The notes below the pieces were generated by a model. The model saw nothing but the letters and a program-made list of their open reading frames with translations, had not been told where the DNA came from and did no database searches. From the IMG/VR virus record IMGVR_UViG_3300025115_000004, positions 1 to 64,000 of that record: a stretch of DNA of 64,000 nucleotides; one strand, 5' to 3'. This document shows positions 47,001-55,581 of this stretch, in pieces (the stretch's first letter is position 1; every line of letters begins with the position of its first letter). The translations under genes and the position numbers were made by a program. Origin of the DNA: a virus.

Positions 47001-48063
47001 TATGATGTTCACTGTTAAGTATGGTGATGCTGGTGCTATATTACTTGGGGGTTTCCCTTTATATCGTTATGAGTATGAACAGGCTATGAAGAGGTTAGGA
47101 CCCGGGAGTGAGCGAATGGCCGAGATGATCGCTATTAATAAGTTTGCAGACGCTACTAGGAATGCTCAACAGGCTGGGGAGGTTTATGACTTATCTAACT
47201 TTCAAAGAGATAACACCCTTACAAGGGCTTTGAGTATGTATCGGACAGCTCCTATGCAGTACCACAGGAAAGTTATTGGTGCTTATAGGAATTCTCTTCA
47301 TGGTAGGATGTCTTGGCAAGATGCAACTAAAACAATAGCTTTGTACCATGTAGTCCTCCCTTCTTTATTCCAATTAGCTTCTAACGGGTTTAGGTGGGAT
47401 AATGATGATCAGCTGTGGGCAGCTGTCTTAGGTAACTTTAATAACGTCTTGGTATATGGTGATATAGTCGCAGGCGTAACAAATGCTATTAGAGGGCTTC
47501 CATGGAATTATCAGATGACTCCTATGCAAGAGATAGGACTTACTGCTCAGGATGCTACTAGATATTTTAAAAAGTTGAATAGTCCTAGCGGTATAGATAA
47601 TTATCAGATGACTCCTATGCAAGAGATAGGACTTACTGCTCAGGATGCTACTAGATATTTTAAAAAGTTGAATAGTCCTAGCGGTATAGATGATTTATCT
47701 AAAGATGTCTTTGAGGAGGCAAAAAACATAGATCAAGTTAATCTTACAAAGGGGTTAATTGAAGTAAGTAAGTTGTTTGGTTATCTTACTGGTACACCTG
47801 TTCCGGCTATAATGTCTACAGGAAAAGGAATAAACGATTGGTTAGACAATAATACAGAATATCCTCTTCTCCGTATAATGGGTTGGTCAGAGAGTGCTTT
47901 GAAGGGAGATCCCTCAAAATTTGATACTACGGAGGATCTTGAGGTGGTGAGGAATTTACTAGATCCATCTAAACCTTCGATGGATCAGCTACAAAAGATA
48001 GCTCCGGTTACTCCAGCTTTATCTCCTCAACAGAGTGTGAAACTGAAGGATATAATCAAATAA
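41020..48063 (+). CDS. Large ejection / polyvalent protein with ART-like, RelA/SpoT-like and SAM-lyase/DUF3293-like inserts
   Basis: 2347 aa; G.P...F..F...GYDGI; KKPESIVEK..D..R..EIQIHT; LTAENP..N..L..G.Y..ESSF..KYGQESV. Confidence 0.7.
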   Translation: MKLKDIFTEDPKNPGVKDYWKVPQESVTIPMAPATTTPAATPSPKLKDFLSEDLNAPKVQPTDRFVSNHITSPVVDEMFRLVDAGVEPMQAIKQLQDAPDTRVAYIEQVASEMVGRDMIKLLTLPDDYRSFRGPSWKKVKDNITESGGIYRDDEKDLYKEAVRKHARNSLSVGWINRAFDTSYHRVGEAFDPEDSTFDKMTDSAYEYVTPMLSPEMQKRFQIQDQIDAENAKSVEDGKDYNKIKALTQQLNSTGKTYTDMDGNVIETADMSKVSAEDKDFLKMIQDKESELEPIRTDRERLRDVFMEHYAYTRALEEIYQVEVAPKLGAATTFMHAGMSPAELPRDQIMTKENWDLMDKYREARAHLQAIGSMYMANRSPLDVKRDFGFFLGDAVESAGRGLFGDRIMNSIYDSLEKDGDTRSTTELRALSAVISSNELPTSEEMSKHLEPTFFEMANQTVFGVLGILPKLYIANVAGAGLAGQIGLMRYIDPVKGLWTTGTRFQQANAAIARIMFEEAKMRMVGLHAGSGAGFGLAHEAQMRINMPGVPAYLNTFMNFMKKPFLMTSSMYVAKMTEATFEYIMSDEEMSTILDRYYGGGFKELGATFAANMVLGIGSYGTPKNRYPELLKMAEQLEKDGNKAESMQIRSTIQLMQKMDKAEEAVKSEAKWRGWNEKETQAKLVETQRKVTSEHSASTTAMMERHNILERTIPEADLAKALSKTKMVDTEGKPQVWIYDTDAVFNLFDTRVAQKNSKTKKSAPGRAQGMVWFTLEPEFRMGANRHYRYLNFEKPKDVGNVRSFKFSADNIEALKRQGYDGITGYEWYTNSKGERVKAKVAASFGTQGIVKTREGSASAGAPEVLREWATKIREHKGFNDPKPGEIYLRLPYQEKVINGAMEAAAKTLEATASIVEAVNKAIEHVKSTDWYKSMAPEVQAKYDAEMAVRFKQLLEQQKPAEIAKSEMAKAEAMVKQAESEVMPAFKSTGEEVASKHRGEFVTDIKKPESIVEKRSRTGAWDVLDIEDVVRGALILRDMKDFKEASKDLKKMGYTIHNKRVGNSETGFKGVWATKREGELGTEIQIHTKETWEAHQKANALTKEFRGKQKGADIKAEESTVKIQEKKEVEKEFEAATPESFINMDTTPLKGTQYAVLTAENPGNQQASAKENAKKNKELMEELKKAGYKPIPVKGNYNGKSESSFIIPGMTEAEALAIGKKYGQESVITTKGMIFQDGTMHKAEPTINFDPNKEADYSIINLGGKEVKFSLEFDWINKIPTESYSSRYTAAMSESRSLYDKAYEGLELINLEGSPAKTALERKMKELELPVSTQREIKTSWNETKKKLLTDLREDNAAIKGAFNEFIKTLPLTEVHGLNIKLKPTMLRRVNAIDPMKPKSLERAIEYFDNIVNNAAARLNEIEIQKSWDYLDKKTSDMAIKQDNLIRGKFSSEGAPLIDVLTGIRKSMIEGNYYDAQQKIGEILLSADREGRPLSIGEYNQISELKFHGLLNETGGLTATAEYYKAAVADLKSIRTKGQHMIAAKRMVKQAQMNELFSEVKNILDGKPGKPVSYDQRVASNRTLSVGEKMSRMTDITYFDSWFTILDKLSKFDKSSQPYQSTLNKVYGGAVVESNMGYHIDSKAFHNETITTAKNIFNTKSTTALNRKLKEHSIKLYDISKEFQEVTGSKENLSITMNQAYKVWMDMQDRTNMRALENSGYFKNGEMTSLGHKIESILTPEVKQWAEWQLNVFYPKMYEYLNPSYREFYGIDMPFNEKYSPRFVQNPATKGIPEHELLASQTLMTSIKNNHLLTRTNHGHKLSFMDGDKVLTQYIDKMSYWKNWTPTIQLLNESFIRNGEIRMAIEQNFGPRYLKNIEGFMYDYSKKPKQDYTKFLAPFVNNMAVATLSLKIPVMLKQLTSAPAYLENMPVLEYGRYFSEIFSHPVETVKTMKRLLDSDYMQQRYKTGWDQTVTAVMARDLNSLSGQSNWRNWQNTMMFTVKYGDAGAILLGGFPLYRYEYEQAMKRLGPGSERMAEMIAINKFADATRNAQQAGEVYDLSNFQRDNTLTRALSMYRTAPMQYHRKVIGAYRNSLHGRMSWQDATKTIALYHVVLPSLFQLASNGFRWDNDDQLWAAVLGNFNNVLVYGDIVAGVTNAIRGLPWNYQMTPMQEIGLTAQDATRYFKKLNSPSGIDNYQMTPMQEIGLTAQDATRYFKKLNSPSGIDDLSKDVFEEAKNIDQVNLTKGLIEVSKLFGYLTGTPVPAIMSTGKGINDWLDNNTEYPLLRIMGWSESALKGDPSKFDTTEDLEVVRNLLDPSKPSMDQLQKIAPVTPALSPQQSVKLKDIIK
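47506..47691 (+). repeat. Perfect 93-bp in-frame tandem duplication
   Basis: NYQMTPMQEIGLTAQDATRYFKKLNSPSGID twice, identical DNA. Confidence 0.9.
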
Positions 48064-48090
48064 TTGTTAACTTTGTAAAAATGAAATGAT

Positions 48091-48813
48091 ATGGCTAATT
48101 TTCAGATATCGCTAGTAGATCCTAACACAGGGCAACCTGATATTACTGTTGCTAATGACATATTGGCGATACAGGATCATTCTAATTATGATGAATCTGT
48201 TCCGGAAGCCGGTCATGCGCGAGCTGATTTTAAAGACTTCTATAAGCTGATTATAGGTTTACCTAACGGGGACGAACACAGATTCTCTTCTCTTGGTGAC
48301 GGTGATGAGATAATAGATACCCCGGATGCCGGAGATCCTCAGGTAGATTACTCATATCCTTCTGGTGATGGTATCTACTGGGTGTATGTATATTCGGTGC
48401 CTACCTATAACCCTGCGGCTTCGTATGACATCGCCACTAATCCTTATATTTACTATGGGGGTAAGCTATGGCGTGTTTTGATCAATTCTACCGGGGTTAC
48501 ACCTGTTGAAGGGGCTAACTATACTGAGGTAACTCTCAATCAGTTATCATCAAAGTACAGGATAGCTCAGAGATTGGTTATATACAATGACGGGAAGCGC
48601 ACATGGGCTCGCAGGTTATATAATGCCAATGCTGTTAACAATCGGGTAGGAGATAACTGGGAGAAGCTGTTGGCAGATCCCGAGTTCAGAGATTCTGTAA
48701 GGCTCTTCATCTCTATCACTTCTATCCCTGTTTTGATGGCTGCGGATGACTGGGCCGGAGTAGATAAAAATATCAATCAATTGAAACAGATATCCTCTAA
48801 ATACGAAGTCTAA
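48091..48813 (+). CDS. Tail hub / structural protein with a CBM5/12-like segment
   Basis: YNPAASY...YYGGKLWRV...TP.EGANY. Confidence 0.5.
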   Translation: MANFQISLVDPNTGQPDITVANDILAIQDHSNYDESVPEAGHARADFKDFYKLIIGLPNGDEHRFSSLGDGDEIIDTPDAGDPQVDYSYPSGDGIYWVYVYSVPTYNPAASYDIATNPYIYYGGKLWRVLINSTGVTPVEGANYTEVTLNQLSSKYRIAQRLVIYNDGKRTWARRLYNANAVNNRVGDNWEKLLADPEFRDSVRLFISITSIPVLMAADDWAGVDKNINQLKQISSKYEV

Positions 48814-49025
48814 TGTCAGTCGATTTAAGATTTGCTCAGGAGGTTACCAAGTATGCTGCAAGGCATACTTATGGGATACGCAGGCCGGAAACGGATCAGG
48901 AGGAGTTACTGAAGCTTTTAAATAAGCAGATGATGCTTGTAGTACTGAGTGATCCGACATGTTTGGAGGAATTATCTGTAGATGAGGTCTCTACCTTAGA
49001 AGGTGTTTTAATACTCAAGTCATGA
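48813..49025 (+). CDS. Hypothetical tail-region protein
   Basis: ORF track; overlapping junctions. Confidence 0.6.
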   Translation: MSVDLRFAQEVTKYAARHTYGIRRPETDQEELLKLLNKQMMLVVLSDPTCLEELSVDEVSTLEGVLILKS

Positions 49026-50416
49026 ACGATATATTAGGTAGTGGTGGTATATATTTTGATCCGGCTCCTTCACTACCTCCTTCACAGAATTTAGATCTTG
49101 GGGAGGAGTTCAGGAGAGATTTTCTCTCCCAGAATTTCTGGAGCAGATACAATGGTTATATTTATCCTACCTTACCGGGGGATAAAGTTGTTATTGGGGG
49201 GACAACACCTGAAGCTGATGAGCATCTTACCATTTATGGTAAGCTTTACGCTTCGGGTGGTTATACTTTTGGTAATGGTGTATCGGTTACTAAGGATGGT
49301 TCGAATAACTTAGTATTTACTGATCCGGTTACAGGTACTAGGACTCTGGCTCAGTTGGCGGGACTATCTGGAGGTAATGTAATGAATTCAGGAACACCTA
49401 CTGTAGGTCAGTTAGCTAGGTGGGTTAATGCTACTACTATTGAGGGGTTCAGTATATCTTCTCTAACTTTGGCTCAATCTCAGATTACGAATCTTGTAGG
49501 TGATCTTGCAGGTAAAGCTAGTACCATCCATAATCTGGTGGACACTACTAACCATCCGGTTTCTGGATTGACTACAGGTCATTTTTTGAAGGCTTTATCC
49601 GCGACTACTTATGGGTTTGCTGTGCACGGGTTAACCAAAACAGATATAGGTCTATCTAACGTCACTAACGATGCTCAGATTAAAAAGATAACATCATCTA
49701 CTGATAATCAAATAGTTAGGTGGGATGGAATAACAGGTGATCAGGTTCAGGGGTCTGTGGTTACTATCTCCGATGGGGGTACCGTTAATTTACCTTCAGG
49801 GCAGACGTATAACATAAACGGCTCTCCTCATAACCATGCGGGTGTATATCAGCCAGCTGATGGAACCCTTACTGCTTTGGCTGGGTTAGATGGTACAACC
49901 GGTTTTCTGTATCAGACAGGTGTTGACACATTTGTGAAATACGGTTTTGCGGGGACCGGGTCAGCTAATACAGTGGCTCGTAGTGATCACAATCATACAG
50001 GTACTTATCTCACAGCTAATCAAACTATAGTGTTGTCGGGGGATATTACCGGAACAGGTACCACTGCTATTACAACCACTTTAAGAACTTTAATTGAAGC
50101 AGATATACCTACACTATCTCAATCTAAGATAACTAATCTAACCACAGATTTAGGTAATAAGCAACCATTAGATGCTGATCTTACCTCTATTGCTGGGCTA
50201 GGTTTTACTGCTTTAGCTTATCTTAAGAAGACAGCCGCTAATACGTGGGCTTTAGATACTGAGGTTATTGTATCGGTAGGAGCTAAAGCTACCGGGGTGG
50301 ATGCTGGTACTCTAGGGCAGATTTGTATTGACGATGATTATATTTATGTCTGCACCACAGGTGGTGGTGTTGGTGTAGCGGTGTGGAAGAGGGTAGCTAT
50401 TACAACAGTTTGGTAG
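49022..50416 (+). CDS. Tail fibre protein
   Basis: G/T/S-rich, HNH.G.Y and QPLDADLTSIAGL fibre motifs. Confidence 0.75.
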   Translation: MNDILGSGGIYFDPAPSLPPSQNLDLGEEFRRDFLSQNFWSRYNGYIYPTLPGDKVVIGGTTPEADEHLTIYGKLYASGGYTFGNGVSVTKDGSNNLVFTDPVTGTRTLAQLAGLSGGNVMNSGTPTVGQLARWVNATTIEGFSISSLTLAQSQITNLVGDLAGKASTIHNLVDTTNHPVSGLTTGHFLKALSATTYGFAVHGLTKTDIGLSNVTNDAQIKKITSSTDNQIVRWDGITGDQVQGSVVTISDGGTVNLPSGQTYNINGSPHNHAGVYQPADGTLTALAGLDGTTGFLYQTGVDTFVKYGFAGTGSANTVARSDHNHTGTYLTANQTIVLSGDITGTGTTAITTTLRTLIEADIPTLSQSKITNLTTDLGNKQPLDADLTSIAGLGFTALAYLKKTAANTWALDTEVIVSVGAKATGVDAGTLGQICIDDDYIYVCTTGGGVGVAVWKRVAITTVW

Positions 50417-50419
50417 TTC

Positions 50420-52639
50420 ATGGCTCAGTACGATATTATATTGATTCAGAATGTTGCCGGTTCCGGGATAGAGTTCACGGATAGGATCGTTAATCTTGCT
50501 AAAGGTTCTTTAATATCCGCGAATGGTTCACAGGTACCTACGGTGCTTGCTGCCGGGACTAATGGTTATGTTCTTACATTAGACAGTGCAGAGACTACAG
50601 GATTAAAGTGGGCTCCTGCAGGTGCTTCAGACACTTTTAAGACTTTGACTTTTCCTGCGGATTCCGGGTATACTTGGGGATCTTCTAATGTAGTGGCTTC
50701 CGGAACTGATACTCTTGATTTTGTGGCTGGTTATGGTATAGCCATAGATTCAGATTCTACCAATAAGGCTATTAGGATCAGAGCTACAGGATCTGGAGGG
50801 TTGTCTAATGCCTACGGTACCATGACAGATGGTACTAATAATGCCACTGCTTCCGGGGCTGACACTTTCAAATTCAGATCCACGGATAATAAGTTATCGG
50901 TTCTAGTTACTAACAATGACGGTACTCACGGGGACAACTTGTTGCTTACAATTAATCAGGGTAATATTGATCATAACTCTCTCAGTAATTACGCGGCTAA
51001 TAGACATTTTCTTCAAACAGATATAGCTAACATCTCCACTGCCTTATCAACCGGTCTGGTTAAGGTTACTACAGGTACAGGGGCTCTGTCGGTGGTGACA
51101 GACAACTCAGGTAACTGGGATACCGCCTATGGTTGGGGTAACCATGCTTCTGCGGGTTATCTTACGGTATATCCCGGAACGGGTATTGCGGTATCCACTG
51201 GTTCTGCTTGGGGAACTTCATTGGCCATAAACAATAATACAGACAATTATGTTGTCACTATGACTGGTACCGGTTTTAATGGTGAGGCTAATTTAATTTT
51301 TAATGGTACCCAACTTACTGTTACTGGTAATGTTAAGCTTTCCACTATCGGCAACAGACTTGTATTTGGCGATGATGATTCATATTTCTATGAGAGCTCT
51401 GATGATCAGATAATGGTTTATCTTGCAGCTGCTGACAGATGGAGATTCACGACCGGACAATTCAGGATGAATTCAAACGGAGGTCCTTCGCTTCAGGCAG
51501 AAAACTCTTCAGCGACAAACCCGGTATTCTGTCCTATAAATTCGGATGCTAATACTGGATTAGGTGGTGCAGCTTCTCAATTATCTTTAATAATATCGAG
51601 TACTGAGATGATGAGGGTTACTTCGTCTCTTATTACTATCAATACAAGTGTTACAGGACCGGGAGGTGAATCAACCCTCAATAATTTTAAGAATATCACA
51701 GGAAGAACTTCGGATTCATTACTTCATGTAGCTGGGAATACATCCTTAACAGGTAATCTCCATTTGAATTATAACGGTGGTGCTGTTACTATGTTCTCTG
51801 GGACGGCAGGTAGTCTTCATGTTACTGGTTATCAAGAAATTATGGATACAAGGAGTGGAACTGCTATTTACGCCGGACTTCAGGCAAGGGGTTATAATGG
51901 TAATGCTGCCGGAGGCTTTATTGGATTAAGAGCCACACAACATAATGGTGAACTTGGGGTTTATGCAGGAGCAGCAATCGCAGTCCAAGCAGATGCTGGA
52001 GCTTCTGCACAACCTGATAATTATGCCTTTTATGCTCGAGCCTATGGAGCATCTGGGACAGCAAACTATTATGGGCTATACGTTAATGTCAATACGGGAG
52101 GTTCCGGGAATGCCTATGCTATTTATGTTAATGCCGGAAAGGTTAGACTCGGACTATCATCTGGTACATCAGTAAGTTCCGTTGGGGTGGATTCTTCTGG
52201 CAACCTTATAACCTTTACAGCCGGAGGTAGTGATAGTATAACCCTAACCCCATCCCCCTCAACCGACCACTCAGCTACCGGTATAAAAGTATCACTTACC
52301 GCAGGAGAGACTCTTGTAATTGGTGATGTGGTGTATATGAAGTCTGATGGTAAGGTATGGAAAGCTGATGCTGATGCTACTGGTCTTTATCCGGCTATAG
52401 CTATTGCACTTGCTGGAGCTTCTGCTGATGCTTCTGTTGAAGTTCTCATGAAAGGTATAATGAGGGATGATACATGGAACTGGACAGTAGGAGGGGTTAT
52501 TTATCTTAGTACTACAGCTGGTGCGTTAACTCAGACAGCTCCAACAGGTTCAGGGCATGTTGTGCAGGTCATAGGAGTAGCTACCCATGCAGATAGGATG
52601 TTATTTGATCCTTCACTTGACTTAATAACTTTAGTGTGA
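50420..52639 (+). CDS. Tail fibre / spike protein
   Basis: NWDTAYGWGNHA, beta-rich, TAGE.L..GDVVY...WKADA C-terminal domain. Confidence 0.75.
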   Translation: MAQYDIILIQNVAGSGIEFTDRIVNLAKGSLISANGSQVPTVLAAGTNGYVLTLDSAETTGLKWAPAGASDTFKTLTFPADSGYTWGSSNVVASGTDTLDFVAGYGIAIDSDSTNKAIRIRATGSGGLSNAYGTMTDGTNNATASGADTFKFRSTDNKLSVLVTNNDGTHGDNLLLTINQGNIDHNSLSNYAANRHFLQTDIANISTALSTGLVKVTTGTGALSVVTDNSGNWDTAYGWGNHASAGYLTVYPGTGIAVSTGSAWGTSLAINNNTDNYVVTMTGTGFNGEANLIFNGTQLTVTGNVKLSTIGNRLVFGDDDSYFYESSDDQIMVYLAAADRWRFTTGQFRMNSNGGPSLQAENSSATNPVFCPINSDANTGLGGAASQLSLIISSTEMMRVTSSLITINTSVTGPGGESTLNNFKNITGRTSDSLLHVAGNTSLTGNLHLNYNGGAVTMFSGTAGSLHVTGYQEIMDTRSGTAIYAGLQARGYNGNAAGGFIGLRATQHNGELGVYAGAAIAVQADAGASAQPDNYAFYARAYGASGTANYYGLYVNVNTGGSGNAYAIYVNAGKVRLGLSSGTSVSSVGVDSSGNLITFTAGGSDSITLTPSPSTDHSATGIKVSLTAGETLVIGDVVYMKSDGKVWKADADATGLYPAIAIALAGASADASVEVLMKGIMRDDTWNWTVGGVIYLSTTAGALTQTAPTGSGHVVQVIGVATHADRMLFDPSLDLITLV

Positions 52640-52640
52640 T

Positions 52641-53054
52641 ATGGCATATTTAAGTAAATTAAACAGTGTAACACGAGCCGATATTGCTTCTCTTAATGAG
52701 ATTAGTGATATTGATATTGATACTCTTAATGAAGTTACCTTTACCGAACCAGTTCCTCCAACGGTATCCTGTGTGGTTGCTTCTGGTGCTGGGTTTACAA
52801 TTAACGATCTTGGTGGATCAATTGATATTGATGACGATCAATTAAATTTCCAATTTGATGATATTAATGGATTTGCTGATCCTGACGCCGCTGATGAAGA
52901 AATGCCGATTGTAATTGAAGATGATGATTCTAATGTTGTATATTCTGGATCAATATGGACCAGAGATGGGCAAACTGAAAATGAAATAGTAACAATAAAT
53001 AGAACCGCTGTGTCAGGAGATGTATTTACTGTAATATGTGGAGGAGGAGTATAA
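52641..53054 (+). CDS. Acidic tail-associated protein
   Basis: ORF track. Confidence 0.6.
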   Translation: MAYLSKLNSVTRADIASLNEISDIDIDTLNEVTFTEPVPPTVSCVVASGAGFTINDLGGSIDIDDDQLNFQFDDINGFADPDAADEEMPIVIEDDDSNVVYSGSIWTRDGQTENEIVTINRTAVSGDVFTVICGGGV

Positions 53055-53072
53055 ATCTTAAATAAATATATT

Positions 53073-53336
53073 ATGGAAATACTAAGGACAATTCTGGCAA
53101 AAGAAGATCATCCTCACAGGGTGAATTTCATTACATTTAACATAGACGAGAAAAAGGCCTATGTTATTATCGAACCGAGTTCTGAAAGTTCAAAGACTGT
53201 AGTTGTAGATGTTATGTCTTTGCTTAGCATGGCAACTACCACACAGAAAAATACTATTAAAGGCTTTTTAAAGTCGGTGATAGGTGCTGCAATTGAAATA
53301 GATTCAGTAAATTTGCCTGATATATTTAATGAGTAA
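53073..53336 (+). CDS. Hypothetical protein (fibre chaperone-like position)
   Basis: ORF track. Confidence 0.6.
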   Translation: MEILRTILAKEDHPHRVNFITFNIDEKKAYVIIEPSSESSKTVVVDVMSLLSMATTTQKNTIKGFLKSVIGAAIEIDSVNLPDIFNE

Positions 53337-53339
53337 GCC

Positions 53340-55580
53340 ATGCCTGATCTAATGTCAAAAGGAGGAGTAGTATTGGACACACCCCAGAACAGGGATGTGA
53401 TACCTGTTTTCTCTGTTCCTACCAATGATTTAGATCTAGGTGAGGATAGACCTACCAGATACTATGAGGATTATTGGTTTCGTGAGCATATAAATGGGGT
53501 ATTGTCCCCAACTAAGCCTCAGGATAAGGTAGCTATAGGAGCTCTTAACACTGTATATGATGAGCTCTTGTATGTTAACGGAAAGATCCATAGTACAGGT
53601 ATAATACTTGGTCCTGCTGTCAGTATATATGTTGACAGTAATGGTAATCTGGTACTTAACGATTCTATATCTGGTCCTCAGAAACTATCGGATTTATTAG
53701 GATCTATTTCTTATCCTTCTGCGGGTATTGTAGTTTCTACAGGATCAGCTTGGGGAACCTCTATAGTAGACAATTCAAGTAACTGGAATACTGCTTATGG
53801 TTGGGGCAATCATGCGGGGTTATATGAACCAGTCATCTCAAAATCAACTGGTTATGCTAGGTGGAATGGATCAGCATGGTCATTCTTGAACGAGACCTAC
53901 TCCCTATCTTCTCACAATCACTCAGGGGTTTACCAACCTAGCAACTCTAATCTTAACTCTTTGGCTGGTTTATCCTATGTATCCACCTCATTTGTTAAGA
54001 TGACGGGAGCTAATACCTTCGCATTGGATACTAACACATACTCTCTATCTACCCATAATCATAGTGGGGTGTACCAACCGGCTGCTACTAACCTGAGCTC
54101 TCTGGCAGGATTAAGTTATACGGCTCTTGCTTTTGTTAAGATGAGTGCGGCAGGTACCTTTACCTTAGATACCACAACCTACTTATCTTCTATCCCAGCT
54201 GATGTGGTTCGTACTGGTCAAGTAAATACTTACGGAGATTTTGCTCAGACATTTAAGGATAACATTATTAGGATAAATAATCCGGCCGATACTTTCTATT
54301 ACACATTAACAGCCGGGGCTATTGCAGCTAACAGGGAATTAAATTTACCGGTTATAACCGGCAGTGATACTATCGCAGTTTTAGGACTGGCGCAGACTTT
54401 TACAACAGCTCAGACGTTTAGGGCTGCTAACTCTGTTAGGGTTGAGGCGGCTACAACTCAAGATGCTATAGTTTTGGCTGGTAGGGCTGGAGGTTCGAGC
54501 AGTTATGCTGTTACTCTAATCCCCTCTACTTTAGGGGGTAACAGAACTATAACACTTCCTGATAACACTACTACCATGTGTGGTACTGATATCACTCAAA
54601 CTCTTACCAACAAAACCATTAATGCTACTAATAATACGATTACTGACACCTCTCAGGCTGCTGGAGATCTCTTAAAGAATAACGGTACCAAGTTCGTTAG
54701 GATGGCTAGGGGCAGTGCTCTACAAGTGTTAAGAGTAAACTCTGGAGGTACGGATCTTGAATGGGCCGCAGCATCTTCGGGCACTACACCTGTCAGTTCT
54801 CCTATACTATTCTGGGATTCTGGAAATACTTATTATAATGCTTATGCTTCTGGAGATAAAGCAGCCGGTAGATTCTATTATGGTACTACAGATCCTACCA
54901 ATAGTACCAGATTGAATTATGATGGATTCATTTATGCCACAGGCTTTAGAGCTGGTGGGACTAGTAATACATATTCAGACCTTACTACGAATTTTATGCA
55001 AATAGTAGTAGGTGGAAATGCGCGTGTTTTGTTTGACCCAACTGTTGCTGATGGGGGGTCTGCTATAGCACACATTCTTAATACTTCAAATACACTTACT
55101 ACCACAGCTAAGTTATTATCTGTTAGAAATAATGGTTTAGAGAGATTCAGTGTTGATCAGGCTGGTAATATAAATATTCCAACAGGCGCAGAATATAGGA
55201 TAAATGGGGTTCCTATTAGTGGTGGATCAGATACTAATAATATTACTTTTGTGTTAGCCGCGGGTGTAGATGCGACTACAGGCACTAACAAGACCAATGT
55301 TATTACCATGCCTAGGGCCGGTACAATAACAAGGTGTACTATATATGCTAAAACTGGACCTACCGGAGCGGCTCTTATCTGCGATATAAATGTCAACGGA
55401 ACAACAATATGGAGCACTCAGGGTAATAGGATTCAGATTGCAGCAGGTTCTCAATCAGGGGTTCAAACTTCTTTTAACACAACTTCTTTGGTTCAGGGTG
55501 ATCTTATCACGATAGATATTGATCAAATAGGATCATCAGTAGCAGGAAAAGATATAACAGTAATTCTAACAATTTCATAA
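53340..55580 (+). CDS. Tail fibre protein
   Basis: N-terminus homologous to 49022; duplicated HNHSGVYQP repeats. Confidence 0.75.
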   Translation: MPDLMSKGGVVLDTPQNRDVIPVFSVPTNDLDLGEDRPTRYYEDYWFREHINGVLSPTKPQDKVAIGALNTVYDELLYVNGKIHSTGIILGPAVSIYVDSNGNLVLNDSISGPQKLSDLLGSISYPSAGIVVSTGSAWGTSIVDNSSNWNTAYGWGNHAGLYEPVISKSTGYARWNGSAWSFLNETYSLSSHNHSGVYQPSNSNLNSLAGLSYVSTSFVKMTGANTFALDTNTYSLSTHNHSGVYQPAATNLSSLAGLSYTALAFVKMSAAGTFTLDTTTYLSSIPADVVRTGQVNTYGDFAQTFKDNIIRINNPADTFYYTLTAGAIAANRELNLPVITGSDTIAVLGLAQTFTTAQTFRAANSVRVEAATTQDAIVLAGRAGGSSSYAVTLIPSTLGGNRTITLPDNTTTMCGTDITQTLTNKTINATNNTITDTSQAAGDLLKNNGTKFVRMARGSALQVLRVNSGGTDLEWAAASSGTTPVSSPILFWDSGNTYYNAYASGDKAAGRFYYGTTDPTNSTRLNYDGFIYATGFRAGGTSNTYSDLTTNFMQIVVGGNARVLFDPTVADGGSAIAHILNTSNTLTTTAKLLSVRNNGLERFSVDQAGNINIPTGAEYRINGVPISGGSDTNNITFVLAAGVDATTGTNKTNVITMPRAGTITRCTIYAKTGPTGAALICDINVNGTTIWSTQGNRIQIAAGSQSGVQTSFNTTSLVQGDLITIDIDQIGSSVAGKDITVILTIS

Positions 55581-55581
55581 T

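Noticed and set aside
38517-48063. crAss-type virion RNA polymerase
   Set aside because: No DxDxD/DFDID catalytic motif seen in the three ejection proteins.
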